NCBI RefSeq assembly: GCF_000142905.1
Contig: NW_013657643.1
Span: 266,054 to 330,053, forward strand
Origin: Thecamonas trahens ATCC 50062
Lineage: Eukaryota > Protista > Apusomonadida
Direction of reading: 5' to 3'
Length of the DNA: 64,000 bases
Shown here: positions 32,550 through 45,629 of the stretch, in pieces
How positions within the stretch are numbered: the stretch's first letter is position 1
Layout of the letters: each line of letters begins with the position of its first letter
Notes under the pieces: generated by a model
Told to the model about the DNA's origin: nothing
The model's database searches: none
The model's input: the letters and a program-made list of their open reading frames with translations, nothing else
Position numbers and translations under genes: made by a program

Positions 32550-35500
32550 TCACAGCTCGACCGCGTCCGAGATCATCGGCGGCGGCTCCTTGACGCCGGC
32601 GGGCGTGAGGAGCGCAGCGCTGTCGCTTGGCGGCGGCGGTGCGAGGCTGACATCGGCCGGCGAGACTGAGCCGTCGTTCGACGAGCTGCTCGAATCGTCG
32701 CGGACAATCGGGGTGAGCGTGAGTGTGGCAAGTGCCACTCCTCCTCCATTGTCGTTGTCGGCACCCAAGTCACCGAGCGGGTCGGTCTCGGGCGCTGTGT
32801 AGTCGTCCTGCTGGATGAGCTCGTCAAAGACCTCGTCAGTGAGCTTGATCATCGACTGCAGCTTGGGCTCCGCTGCCGACGGGCCGGCCTCAGTGGTGTT
32901 GAGGTAGTCGGTCGACGTCGAGCCTGCACCAGCGTTGAGGTACTGCTCGGTCTGGTCGAGGACGAGCTCAAAGACCTTGGCGGCCTGGATCCGCTGCGAC
33001 ATGATAGCTGCTGGCAGCTGCTTGCCGCCGAACGAGTGGTCATGCAGCCGCGCCACTATCTTGTCGCGGTTGGTGCGGGCGTGCTTGAAGAGCGTGACCA
33101 CGGCCGACTCGAGGTGGCGCCGCGGGACTGGAGCGCGATCGAGCTGCGCAATCGGCGTCGACGACGCAGGCACTGTCGAGAGCGTGTCAAACAGCCGCGC
33201 CACTGCAGTCTGGTTCTCGAGAATAAAGTCGTTCATCTGCACCATGTGCTTCTCCTTGGTGCCAAACTCCTTGCCGTTGGACAGGTTCTGCAGCACCTTG
33301 CCGATCATGACCAGGAGCTTGCGCTCTTCGGGCGTGGGCAGCTCGTGGACCATGTTGAACGCCTCGGGCGCAGTGAGCGCAGGCACGAGGAAGCGAAGGA
33401 ACATAAAGCCACCGACGGCAATCGAGTTCTGCACCCGCTGGTGCTCCTCGAGGAACCGTTTCGCCTCCTCCGAGTTGGGATCGAGCGCGCCGCGGAGCTG
33501 GTCCACCACATGGTTGACCTTGCGCAGCTGCGACGTGAGCGATGTGATCGTCGACTCAAAGTTGGCCAGGTTCTCCTGGACCGGTCCAAGAATGGAGCCG
33601 AGGACCGACATGTCCGACTGGATGTGCGGCGCGAGCGCCGCAAGGTCCGAGAAGCAGTTGTTGCCCTCGATGTACGCCTCGGACGTGTCGTCCAGGTGGT
33701 CGCGCAGCGAGTCGGCAATGTACAGCCCAAGGTCCTCCGAAGAGACAGGGAACTTGGACTGCATGCGGAGCCGGACGTGCTGGAAAAGGTGGCGGAACTC
33801 GATCGGCACCGCGTCCTGCGTCGCCTGGATGGCGGCAAAGACGCGCTGGCACCGCTCCAGGAGCGCAAACCGCTCCAACGCGTTGTTGCCCGACGACTTG
33901 GTCTTGATGGCATCAACATCGCCCACCCCCTCGAGCAAAAGCAGGTTCACCTGCCGCCCAATCGATTCGTGCAGGTAGTCGAGGCCCTTCATCTTGGAAA
34001 ACGTCTTGAACAGCTTGGTGGCAAACGAGTTGGTGCGGAAGAGCGTCGACTGCGAGAGCGCGAGCGAGACCTCGCGCGAGACCATGTACAGGAGCATCGA
34101 GAGCGAGAGCCCGCGCGACTCGTACACCATGTTCACAGCCTTGGTGATCTTGTCCATCTCTGTCGCCTGCGTCACGTCACCAATAGTAGCAATGAGCTCG
34201 TGGTCCATCACCACAGTCTCCACAAACGACTGCAGCATGCCGGCCATCTTACGATCGTCGGCCGAGAGCGTCGGCGGTGCGCCAAACATGATCCGCTCCC
34301 GGATCTCCGGCGTGAGCACCGGCGGCCGGAGCAGTGCCTCGCGATCCTTCCGCCGCTTGTACACAAGGCCGAGAATGGCAGCGAGAATGCAGAGCACAAC
34401 CGCGACAGCACCCACCGCAGAGCCGATGATCATCGGCGCGTTAGAAGTCGGCGACTTGGGAAAGAGCGCAGGGTCGCCCAAAAAGTTGAAAATGACTCCT
34501 GCGGCAGGCACGTACTCGAGCCCGCGCCGCCGGAGCGAAAGCTCCACCGGCCCGGAGCTGGAAATGCGCGGCGTGACAACCGTGTACTCGGTTGTCGACA
34601 CAAAGCTCGCGTTGACGCTCACCGAGCCGAAAACCACCTCCATGCCCTTGACGTCCACAAAGTGCGTTCCGGTGAGCGTAATCGTCGCCCCGCCGGTCAC
34701 CAGCCCGTCGGTAGGTGCCACCGCAGAGATCGTCGGGCACTCGGAGCCGCCCCAGTCGAGCGGCGCCGGGCAGAGGTTACTCGCCGAGCACGTCTGAGTC
34801 TCCATGCAGTACCCGCACTCCGGCCGCTCCGCCGTGTAGCACCCGTCGCACACAGCAACGTCTTCGCAGATGTAGTACTCAAAGTTGACCACGGCGTCAG
34901 TGGCAGTGTAGAGCTCAGCACCGGCGTAGAGGCGGACCTCGGCAGCTGTGAGCTTGAGCTCTGACGGCGGCGCCACGCACTCAACCTTGGTCGAGGACAC
35001 AATGGTGGCGTTGACCCGGGTCTTCCGAAGCGTCGCGGGATTGAAAAACTCACACTCGAGCTTCTCGTCGATCGGGTCGAGCGCAAGCGTCGTCACAAAC
35101 GGCACCACCGAGCCGCCGGTGTACACGCCGCGCGCCGGGACACTCGGGTCCTCGCTCAGCGTCGGGCACGCACCAAACTCTGCAGGTGTACATGTCGGAC
35201 AGATAGCCTGGACCGGGCACGCCTCGGCCTCAGAGACACACGTGGACGTCGAGAGACACCATGCGCAAGACGGCGTCGTCCGGCACGACCCACATGACGA
35301 GTACTGCGAGCACTCTTGCACCACAAGCGTGGCCGCCGGCGACGTCTGCGCGACGTACGAGAGCCCACCGTTCTCCGAGTAGCACACCGAGTGCCGTCCA
35401 TCGTCAATGAGCGTGATGTTGGCGCCAGGAACAATGCTCAGGACCCGATCCTCCAGCCGCTTCGACGCGTCGTCGCACGCCATCTGCGCCGCGTCGGCCG

Positions 35501-38500
35501 CCTCAGCACCAAACCCGAGGTTGACGAGCGAGACGTGAGTGAGCGGCGACAGACGCGCGCCGAAAAAGCGGACATCCGAAATGACATTGGCATCGACGTC
35601 GCCGACCGAGAGGCCAGTGATAGAGGTCGGCGACGCGCCATCGACAAACACGGTCCCAGCTGCGGTTGTGATCCAGCTCTGGCCGTCGTCGACCGAAATG
35701 CACACGTAGTGGGTGCCGATGTCCGTGACGCCGGCTTCGAGGGTCTCGGACGCACCCGCGAGGTGGGTGAGTCCAGTGAGCCCATCGCGCCCGGACCGTG
35801 CCTCACACAGGCTCGAGTTGTGCGAAAAGCCAAGCCACGTCGTCGGCGTCGAGACAAAGCCCGCATCGAGGGTAAGGGTCAGCGGCTCAAGGACGTGCGA
35901 GAGCCAGAGCTTAGGCAAGATGTCTGTCACGTCGCTCGCTGCAGCGGCAACGCCAGTGAGCGAGACCAGCGTCTGCTCGACAAAGCCCGAGCTCGGCCCG
36001 GTGACCGAGTAGCAGAGCTTGTATGCGCCCGGCGCCGAAATGCCTCTTGTCATGTTGAGCACCGTGTCCGAGACAGCGGCGCCACCTGCGGCAAGCGAAA
36101 ACGGCAGGAGGACGTCAAAGCTGCCCGCCGCAGCGCACGAGCCGGTCGTGATGCCGAGGTACGAGGTCGGAGTGGGGAGCGAGCCGCCGGCATGGGTGAG
36201 GGTAAAACCAACAGCACCGACGCCAAGATTCGGCGGCACAAGCGAGGAAAACGAGTTGGCGGCGGCAACCTCGACCTGGAGCGTGCCGACAGAGGTTTGC
36301 TCGACCCAGGTCGTCGAGTCCACCGTGAAGCAGACAATGTAGGTGGTGGAGGATCCCGGGGTGGGCGGGACGCCCCATGTCATGGCCGACGCCGGCGAGC
36401 TCCACGTCGTCATGTCGATCTGCCCAAAGATGGTACCCGAGCAGCTGCCGATGCCAAAGCCAACCTTGACGTTGGCAGAGAGCGGGACAGTGCCGGCAAA
36501 TGAAAAGGCCGGCATAGTGCCAGCGCCAGTCCGCAACGGCGACATGGAGGTGAGCGAGGTCGGGACGGCACGGACGACGGCAACAGATAAGTCGTCGCCC
36601 TGTGCCTGCCAGCTCACGCCGTCGTCAACCGAGTAGCACAGACGGGCGGTCTTGCCGGACTGGGTGAGGCCTGATGCGAGCACGACGGTGCCGGACGGGG
36701 TAGGATACGAAGTCGTGCCGTCGAGCGTGGTAGCGCACGAGGTGGTGTACGAAAAGGCAAACTTGGTGGTCGGCGTCGCCACAAGACCACCGATGGTGAG
36801 GACTTCGAGGGCGTCGGCGGCAACAATGCGAGGGGAGATCGAGGTGAGCGAGGTCGGGGTGGCGACGGTGACCGTGAGAAGCGACGGGTTGGTCTGGAGC
36901 ACCCAGTTCTCGCTGGCGACACCAAGTGTGACAGTGTAGCAAAGCGCGTAAGTGGTAGGGCTGACCTCGTCAAAGGCCGAGCCGAGAGCGACGTTCGTGG
37001 CCGCAGAGAGGGCGGTGACGGCGGTCCGGTACGACGCCTGGTTGCACGCACCCGCCTCGTCCTTGACCGCTGCAGGAATAAAGGCAATGGCAGACTTGGG
37101 TGAGACAATTGCGTTGACAAAGTTGATCGCCGGCGTCGTCCGCGAACCGATGACAGTTGGCGTAAAGCTGGTGATCGACGAGCTGAGCGCCGAGATAACC
37201 TCGACGGTCTCGCCCGACGTAGTGTAACTCACGCCGCCATCTACCGAGTAGCAGACCTGGTACGTGCCATCGATTCCGAGCGCCGGTGCAATGGTCAACT
37301 TGGACGAGGCCGTCGAAAAGGCTGAGACCGAGACAACATTACCTGCTGTGCTGCAGTCAGGGTCAGCGGTGACACCAAGGAAGGTGTGTGGCGAGAGGAA
37401 CGGTGTCGAGACGGTCAGCGTCGGCGTCATGGTCGCAGCAAAAATGGCCGGGGAGACGGCAGTGATGGCATTGGCGTTGGCGGCAACGGCGGTGAGCGTG
37501 ACGGCGGTCTGTTGCGTCCAAGACGTGCCCGAGTTGGTCGAGAAGCAGACCTTGTAGGCGCCAGCCGAGGGAAGCCCGGCAGGCAGGACAATAGTCTGCT
37601 GCTCAAGAGCCGCAGGCATGGCGACCGTGACCGGAGGCTCCGAACTGCAGGTGGTGAGTGTAAAGCCAATACGACACGTCCCGCAGCCGATGGCAACAAC
37701 CGAGCCAGAGCGGGTGAGAACAACCGAAGCAGGCGCGCCGACACCGACAGCAGCCGGGGCCACTGAGCCAACGACAGCAGCCGAAGCCGCAGGAAGGACA
37801 AAGATTTGTGCGGGAACCGCGATCTGGCCAATCCACGACGCGGGCGGCGCCGGAGAGGCTGGATCAGTCGAGTAGCACGGCGTGAACACGCCGCCCGACG
37901 GGAAGCCGGCCGAGAGCGTGACTACGCCGGGACCGCCAAGTGCAACGCTGCCAATGCGATCCGAGAGGCACGACGAGCTGGTAAAGGCGATCTTGGCGTT
38001 GGGGTCGACCGGCGACGGCGTGCCAATCGTCACCGTCGTGGCACCGGCCACGGTCACGAGCGGATCGACAGTCTCGATGACGAGCGCGTTGGGGTCGTTG
38101 GCAACAGGAATGGAGCCGCCGATGACCTGGTCGGTAAAGGTGATGCCCGAGTCAGTCGAGACACACAGCGCAACCTCGGTGACGGCTGCATCGAGGACAA
38201 GGGTATTGGGGAACGTGACCAAGCTCGAGGGATCGGTGAGTGGCATGCCGGCGGCCAGATGGCCGGCCACGTCGGCGCACGTGCCCGGCAGCGCAATAGC
38301 GACGTGTGTGAGCGACGAAATATGCGGGCCGAGCACTTCAAAGCCGGGCTTGGACGCGTTGACCATGGTCTGCGGCGTAAAGCCCGTGATGAGGTTGGCC
38401 GACGGGAAGACAACCGTGACTCCCGGCGAGGTCTGCTGAACAAAGGTCGTCCCATCGTACGAAAAGCAGACGTCGAGCTCGACCTTAGGAGGGCTGACAG

Positions 38501-40777
38501 GCCAGGCGCCTGGCAGCGTCACGGCGCCGTTGAGCGTGGTGCTGCTTGCCAGACTGGAGACCGGTGTCTCGAGCAGCCGGAGTGAGGGTGAGGAGCAGCC
38601 GCCGGGGTAGGCAAGAGCAACAGCGGCGGCTGGAAACAGGGCGGTGTTGGCGCCGATGGTAAAGACAAAGGATGTCGCGACACCGTTCGATACCTGCTGC
38701 GCGCCAGAGAGGACGGCCGAGTCGGTTGCCAGCGCGTCGACGGCCACAAACTGACTGGCGACTCCCTGGTGGACCGGAGTGACACCAGTCTGGATGCAGA
38801 CATAGTACGTGCCGGGCGAGACGGTGACGGGCACGCTGATTGCAGAAGAAAAGATCTCAAAGGTGGCGACCTCAGCGACGCAGGAGTCCGTCGAAGAGAC
38901 AATATACGCCAGAGTTGTCGGGGTAGGGACCACGCCAACAAAGTCGATCAGCGCCTCAACATCTCCTACGATGCTGCTTGGCGAGATTGCGGTGACAGCA
39001 GCGTTGGGCGAGGTGACGGTCAACGACTGTTGCGAGTCGACAAACGAGGCGCCTCCGTTGACGGAGCCACAGACGGTGTAATCACCGGCGCTGAGAGTCG
39101 ACGAGGGCGGGACGGGACGCCCGGAAAGTTTGTCTTGGACGTCACCAGCTCTGGGTCGGAACAGCGAGGGTTGCCCGACACATCAAAGCCGTAAACAGTA
39201 CCGGTCTCGGTGAACGCACCACCTTGAAAGTCGAGGACAGGGAGTGAGCCAGCACCAATGACTGCAGGGTTGATGGCGGTAAGGAGGCCGTCGCGGACTT
39301 GGAGCGTAACACCGGACTGGAGAACCCAGGTGTTGGGGTAGACCGAGAGGCAGACGACATAGTCGTTGCTCGAGCCAAAGTCACTGCCAGAGACAGCAAG
39401 CTCGGTGCCGGGCTCCGGAAAGTCAAATTGTGGCTGGACGCTGCCGTCGCACGAGCTGACTGCAAAGCCGATCTTGGTCGTTGGCCCTGCAAACGCAGAC
39501 GCGGCCTTGGGCACGACACTGAGGGTGACGGCCGTGGAGACGCCGATAGAGTTCGGCGTGATGCTGGCAATGTCGTCAGCGGCGGCGGCAAAGAACTCAA
39601 GCGTGACCCGGCTTGGGTCGACCTTTTGGAACGGTCCGTTTGACTTCTCGGCCACACACAGGTGGTAGGTTCCTGCCGTGGGGGCCGAGGAGGTGAGCAC
39701 AACCGAGTTGCCCGACACAACGGCCTTGCCGATTGGATTGTTAGTCGGACACGCCGAGGGCGAGGCGACAATACCGGCGTACATGATGTTGTCAATGCCC
39801 TCAGAAGACAAAAGGTTCAGCGTCAGTACGCCGCCAGTGCCGCCGACATCGGCGGCAAAACGCGAGGTCTGGACGCCGTCAATCATCGTCTCGACTTCAG
39901 AAGCCATGGGAATGTAGATGTACGAAACATCATCAAGTGGGTCGTTGGTGCTGTCGAGGAAGATCTGGAGCTTGGCGAACGAGCCCTTGGCCAGTCCGGG
40001 CATGACGCACGTGATAAAGTTCATGCTTGCATCGATGGAGGCAGCATTCGAAAACGATCCGTCGTTAAAGTTGCATGTGATGGTGGTGGACACGTGCACA
40101 AGGTTGGTCATGTAGACCTTAAAGGTGGCGCCCTGGAGCGACTGGGTCGGGGCCGAAGTGACCTCGACCACGACGGAGCGCTCGTAGTAGGCAGTCATTA
40201 GGCCGGCTTCGGCCGCGATACCGCCATTGACAGAGCAACCTGCGCGCCTAAAATAGTGTTGGATGCCAAAGTCGGCACTGTTCACCAGAGTAGCAGTCAG
40301 AGGACTATACGGCTGCAGAAGATTAGACTCGCCTCCAAACTGGTGAGTAGAGAGACCAGCGGGCAGAATGGTTGCGTCCGTATTCCAATTGCCGATATAA
40401 GTGCCTCCGTTCCTCAATGCCAGGTAAAAGTTTTGGATCGAATCCCCGGCGCTGGTAACAGTGTTGATCTTGAACTCCAGGCCGGTAAAGATGGCGTCGG
40501 CATGGGCAGCAAGTCCGAAAGACGAAAACTGCAGGCTGTTGCAGTACTCGTCATTGCAGAGGTTACAGGTGGCGTACGAGCCGTCGGGACCACCCTGCGC
40601 ATTGGCGACATCACCGTTCCAGGCTAACATCCCCGAATTCAACTCAATCACAGAGCTCGCATAGCCGGAGACCGACTCGGCAACCATGACGGTCCTCTTT
40701 GGCCCGGCAGAGACCGGGGCGATGACCAGGGCCACCACGAGCAGAGCGGCAACGACTCGAAACGACAGCGACACCAT
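32550..40777 (-). CDS. Giant single-pass receptor-RasGAP B, paralogue of A; 1-nt frameshift at ~39110
   Basis: Signal peptide MVSLSFRVVAALLVVALVIAPVSA; PSI CSQYSSCGSCRTTPSCAWC; TM IIGSAVGAVAVVLCILAAILGLVY followed by KRRK; TLFRTNSFATK; QNSIAVGGFMFLRFLVPALTAPE. Joins ORFs 39020-40987 and 32550-39023. Confidence 0.9.
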
Positions 40778-41800
40778 GACGATTGCAACAAAGCCTGTGA
40801 CGAGTATGTCAATAGTGAGTACAGACTCGGCGGTGGGGGTGAAGTGTACAAGGAAGAGCAAAGGGGGGGGGGTAGAGCGGTAAGGGGGGAGGGGGGGAGG
40901 GGGGGGAACGAGCAGGGATGGCCGCCCGAGGTGAGTTTGACCGCAAAGAGCCGACCACCACAATCGGGCATGTTCATCCATGAACAATTGTCATTGGGGA
41001 AAATTGGAAGGAGGAGGGAGCCAGTTTCCCTCTTTCCCCCTTCGGGTGGCAGCACGTGTGCTGGGTGGTGGTGTGGTGGTGTGGTGGTGGGGAAGGGGGG
41101 GAGGGAATGGGTGGAAGGGGGCGACGAGCAGGAGGGAATATACGTACTGTTGTTGGGGATGGCAGCCTCTGGTTGGGTGTAGAGACCGTTGTTGGGAAAG
41201 GGGAGGAGGGGCGGGGCGGGGAAGGTGGGCAAGGGAGCTGACGGTGGTGTCGCGTGGCTGGTGAGAAGTGATGACCATTCCATCAACGTCATTTTCAGTG
41301 GTTATACTGAAAAACTGAACGAGACACAGCGAAACGTGCGACGGCAAAAATTTGTTGTCATCGAATAGTCATCAGCAGCCACCGTCTGCCATCGGCATCA
41401 AGCCCACTCACAATAGCAACTAGCTATCACACGGACGATGAATGTCCCTGGAACTGTGTCTCTGGCTTGTAGAGTTGATTGGCAACTTGCGGCGCAATGA
41501 TCTTCTGTACCATGCCCGGAAGCTGATGCCAGGAGCCGATCCAGCGATGCTTGCCACCCACACGCACACCTCGGTCTGCTTCCCATCAGATGACCAGCGG
41601 TGATCAACACACAGGCAGCAGCCGGCGAGTGTGGTGCTGTGGGGAATGCGTGTGATTGGCTGCCGACATCGGTGTAGCGGAAACGTTCCGCAACGACGGG
41701 CAACGGTTTCATTGCGTGAGGAGCGGCACAATTTGTCAACGGCAACCAGCAGGTCTCGCCAGCATCAGGACGACCACCTGACTTCCTTCATCTCATCATC

Positions 41801-42806
41801 ATGGCGGGCGAGTTCAATGGTAACATCCGCGACATGGCGTTCTGGCGTGGCGCCGTGGCCGAGTTCCTCGGCACTATGTTTGTGGTCTTCATCGTGACCT
41901 CGGTCTGGGTCTCCAACCCAGCCATGGGCATGACCGGCGACCTTGCTCTGGCCACGGGCTTCACCTACGCCGCCGCCCTCTACTTTGCCAAGGGCTACTC
42001 GGGTGGTCACCTCAACCCGATCGTTTCCCTTGTCGCTGTTGTCTTCCAGCAGGTACGCCTCCTCTTATATCCCGCTTGTTGCCCTCTAGCTCGCCCTCTA
42101 GCACCCGCAAGCGCCCGCTGCTTGCCTCCGGGCCTGGGTCCAACGGCTGTCCGTTGCGGCCTAACGGCCGTTCCCTCTCTGCAAATTTTTGGCCTTCTGC
42201 GCGTCGCCTTCTTCCTTGTCTCCAGAAGCGGCACACCCACGCTCACTCACATGAACCTTGTCTTGCATGGTACAGATCCACGTCATCCAGTTTGCTGTCT
42301 ACTTCCTCATGCAGATCCTCGGCGGGATCATCGGCTCGGCGTTTGTGCGCGCGGCGCGCGACGGCCAGCACCAGAACCAGTGGCTCGGCGCTGTCCGCGT
42401 CTTCCCCAACTCGACTGATGGGCAGGCGTTCCTGTGGGAGTTCATGGGCACGCTCTTTGTCCTTATTGTGTTTGTGGAGACCTCGTACGGCAAGGCCTTC
42501 CGTGCCGGCAACATCGCGCCGCTGGCTCAGGGCACCGCGTACTACGCCGCCACGGTCGCCACTGGCCGCTGGACGTCGGCCTCGCTCAACCCGGCCCGCG
42601 CCTTTGGCCCGGCCCTTGTTGCTGACCGGTGGGACGACCACTGGCTGTATTGGATTGCTCCGATTGTTGCCGCCGTCGTCGTCATCATCCTCGGCGCCTT
42701 TGTCTTCAACGTCGCCAAGCCGATCGGCATGGGCCCGAAGCCCGCCACCGCCCAGACCGATGAGGAGGAGGGCGCCCCCATGCGGGTTGTTAACCCGGGC
42801 AAGTAG
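41801..42806 (+). CDS. Aquaporin (MIP family); intron 42053-42275
   Basis: AEFLGT, SGGHLNPIVS, EFMGT, SLNPARAFGPA, HWLYWIAP. Intron GTACGC...TACAG is in frame. Confidence 0.93.
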
Positions 42807-43279
42807 CTGCGTGTGTTGATCGAGTCTGACCCTATCCTGTCTGTCCTCTCCTGTCGCGTCGTGCCCTGTCCTTCCTGGCCTCGACCGCGACCGCGACTAT
42901 TACAACCGTCCACCTTTCCCATACACAACCTCTCTGCCTCACATCATCTTCTCACCCCCCCCCCCCCACCATTGTTGCAATCCAGAAGTCCAAACCATCC
43001 ATCCCTTTGCCTCGATAAGATCAGGATCGCCCCCCCCCCCCTCCCCCCCTCCTTTTTTTTCCCCCGCTACCGTCCGCCCAGCAGCGGGTGGCGGTTCCTT
43101 GGCGAGCCGAGTCGGCCAAAAGCCGATGGCCATCCTCCATCCATCACATCACCCAACTCTCTGTCTCGACGGAGAAGCGGCGAGTTAGAGAAGGCGAACG
43201 AGCAGATACAAGCCAGCCTTGCAGTTTCCAAGAGCTAGTGTAACGGACCAACAAGGAAGAGATACACACGTAGCCAAGC

Positions 43280-44254
43280 ATGTCTAGCCGCCGACCCAAC
43301 CGTCCCAAGACGCAGCGGGGCAAGCGTGCTCTCAAGGCCCGGGAGGCTAAGATTGTGGAGGACTCCAAGAAGGCCCTGCTGCTGAAGGGGCCCAAGTGCT
43401 CGGCCGGTGTGACGCAGCTGCTCCGGGAGCTGCATGCCATGCGCCGGCCGCTCTCTGTCCTCTTCAACCGCAACAACTCGGTCCGTCCGTTTGAGGATGA
43501 GGAGTCGATCACGTACCTGACGGGCAAGAACGAGGCCGCCCTCTTTGCCCTCGGCACCTCGACCAAGCACAAGAAGAACCGGCTGATCATGGGTCGGACG
43601 TTTGAGAACCAGGTGCTGGACATGATCGAGTTTGAGGTCGTCAACTTTACCTCCATGTCCGAGTTCAAGGGCAAGGCCAAGTCATCCGTCGGCTCCAAGC
43701 CGCTCGTCCTCTTCCAGGGCGAGCGCTTTGAGACTGATGACGTATTTGTCGCCACAAAGTCGCTGCTCATGGAGTTCTTCCTCGGCAACACAGAGCTGAC
43801 AGAGCTTGATCTTGCCGGCGTCGAGCATGTGGTCATCGTCTCGGCCATGCCGGGCGACTTTATCCACATCGGCCACTACGCCATCGAGCTCAAGAAGTCC
43901 GGCTCTCGCCTGCCGCGCGTCGAGCTTGTGGAGATCGGGCCCGAGTTTGACCTGGTCATGCACAGGACACACTTTGCTGATGCCGCCCTCATGAAGGACG
44001 CCATGTTTGTGCCCAAGGACCTCCGCCCCAAGAAGGTCAAGAACGTCTCCCGCGATGCCTTTGGCTCGGTCGTCGGCAACATCCACATGTCGCGCCAGGA
44101 CCTCACCGAGGTCAACACCCGCAAGGTCAAGGGTCTCCGCCGCTCGCGCGACAAGGCCCTCGCCGCACAGGCTATTGCCGAGGCTGCCGCCGAGGTCGAG
44201 CTCGAGGACGGCGGCGACGCCGGCCCTGCCCGCAAGCGCTCCCGCCGCTCCTAG
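43280..44254 (+). CDS. RPF2: Ribosome production factor 2 (Brix domain)
   Basis: PKTQRGKRAL..RE.K..E..K.AL, RPFED, RLPRVELVEIGP, KKVKNVSRDAFG. Confidence 0.95.
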   Translation: MSSRRPNRPKTQRGKRALKAREAKIVEDSKKALLLKGPKCSAGVTQLLRELHAMRRPLSVLFNRNNSVRPFEDEESITYLTGKNEAALFALGTSTKHKKNRLIMGRTFENQVLDMIEFEVVNFTSMSEFKGKAKSSVGSKPLVLFQGERFETDDVFVATKSLLMEFFLGNTELTELDLAGVEHVVIVSAMPGDFIHIGHYAIELKKSGSRLPRVELVEIGPEFDLVMHRTHFADAALMKDAMFVPKDLRPKKVKNVSRDAFGSVVGNIHMSRQDLTEVNTRKVKGLRRSRDKALAAQAIAEAAAEVELEDGGDAGPARKRSRRS

Positions 44255-44475
44255 CCGGTTCATGGTACGATTCTCGCCCCGCGCCAGGCTGAACAACGTA
44301 CGGTAAAGTGAGCGATTATCACACACACACACACAAACCTGATGTTGCTCCGCGAGCGCAGGGCGCCGAGGCGGTCGGCGGGCGCCATCGCAGTGTCCTC
44401 GTGCCGCCACCTCGGGGGCTGTTCCTACACGGCTCAACACACTACGTGCGCGCTCATTTACTGGCAAGGGCAGGC

Positions 44476-45629
44476 CTAGCCCTGCGAGTGCCACGCGAGC
44501 TTCCACCACGGAATCAGCCGCGACGTCGACTTTTGGTAGAGCTTGTAGAGGTGTGACCGCGCCGGCGACGCCATCATCCGCTCTTCCACCAGGACGGTGA
44601 CCTGGTGAAGGACGGCAAGTTAAACGCCGCGCCCACCAGCATCCACCCTGCGCCGCAGGCCAGAGCAAAACCACCCAGCGCCGTCCAGAATAGGCCCTCG
44701 CCAAAGTGGTTCGGGTGCCGCGAGTACCGCCACGTGCCGGTGCACAGCAGCGGCGCCTCGCCCATCTCGCGCGTCGTCACAAACTCGTACAGCTCGTTGT
44801 CCGCCACGTGCGCGAGCAGCAGCCCGCACACCGCCGCCGCAGTCGCCATTGTGTCCATCACCGTCCACGCCTGGTCGGCGCTCCCAACCACCGCAAAGAT
44901 AGGCAGCGAGATGCCCACAAGCAGCAGATGCTGCACGCCAAACACGTACCACAGCGAGAGCAGCGGCCATGCCTTGCCAAACCGCTCGCGCATCGCCACG
45001 TACCGCCAGTCCTCGCGGGCGCCAATCTGCCATTCTTCGCGCCGAAAGTACGAGTGCGTGAGGCGGAGCGCCCACACCACCACCAGCGCCACGCAAACCA
45101 CAAACCGCGACCAGCCGGGCGCGCCCGGAGCCAGCGCAGGATCGCCGGCAGGATGCAGGGCGGCAAGGGCAAAGAAGGCCGGCGGAATGAGCGACCAGTA
45201 CGGATCAATGAGCCAGAACGAGCCCTGCACAAGGCCCACCAGCCAGAACACCGCCGTCACGTTGAGGGCAAAGAGAACGTTGGCCAAGAGCAGCGGGTGC
45301 CACCCGGCGACTGCGCACGTTGCCGCAGGCAGCGGCAGGCCCATCCAATGCGAAGCAACAGGCGTGCACTGGGCATACCCTGCCGCCTGCTCGATCACGA
45401 CCTCCATGGCCTTCACCATCGCTCGTCCATCCTGCCACCAGCTTCCGCTTCCTCCAGCTGACGCCACCAGCCAGCTCGCCGGAGAGGCAAACACTCCGCC
45501 GCCACCGCTTGGCACCACGCACGAGCACGACGCCCGGACCGCCGCCACACACACCACCGCAGGCAAGGCCACAAGCACAAGCACAGCCAGGTTAATACGC
45601 TGCCTCACGCTCTCGTCACTCTCTGCCAT
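44476..45629 (-). CDS. DUF1295 / steroid 5-alpha-reductase-like membrane protein; 1-nt frameshift at ~44618
   Basis: IDPYWS, WALRLT, EDWRY, ADNEL, GTWRYSRHPNHFGE. The shifted frame supplies the family-typical end EERM..YKLYQKSTSRLIPW. Confidence 0.85.

Noticed and set aside
20964-40777. Calling the receptors bona fide plexins or neurofibromin
   Set aside because: No Sema propeller or RBD was recognised and the GAP motifs are NF1/p120-like; NF1 has no ectodomain or TM helix and carries Sec14-PH, which is absent here.
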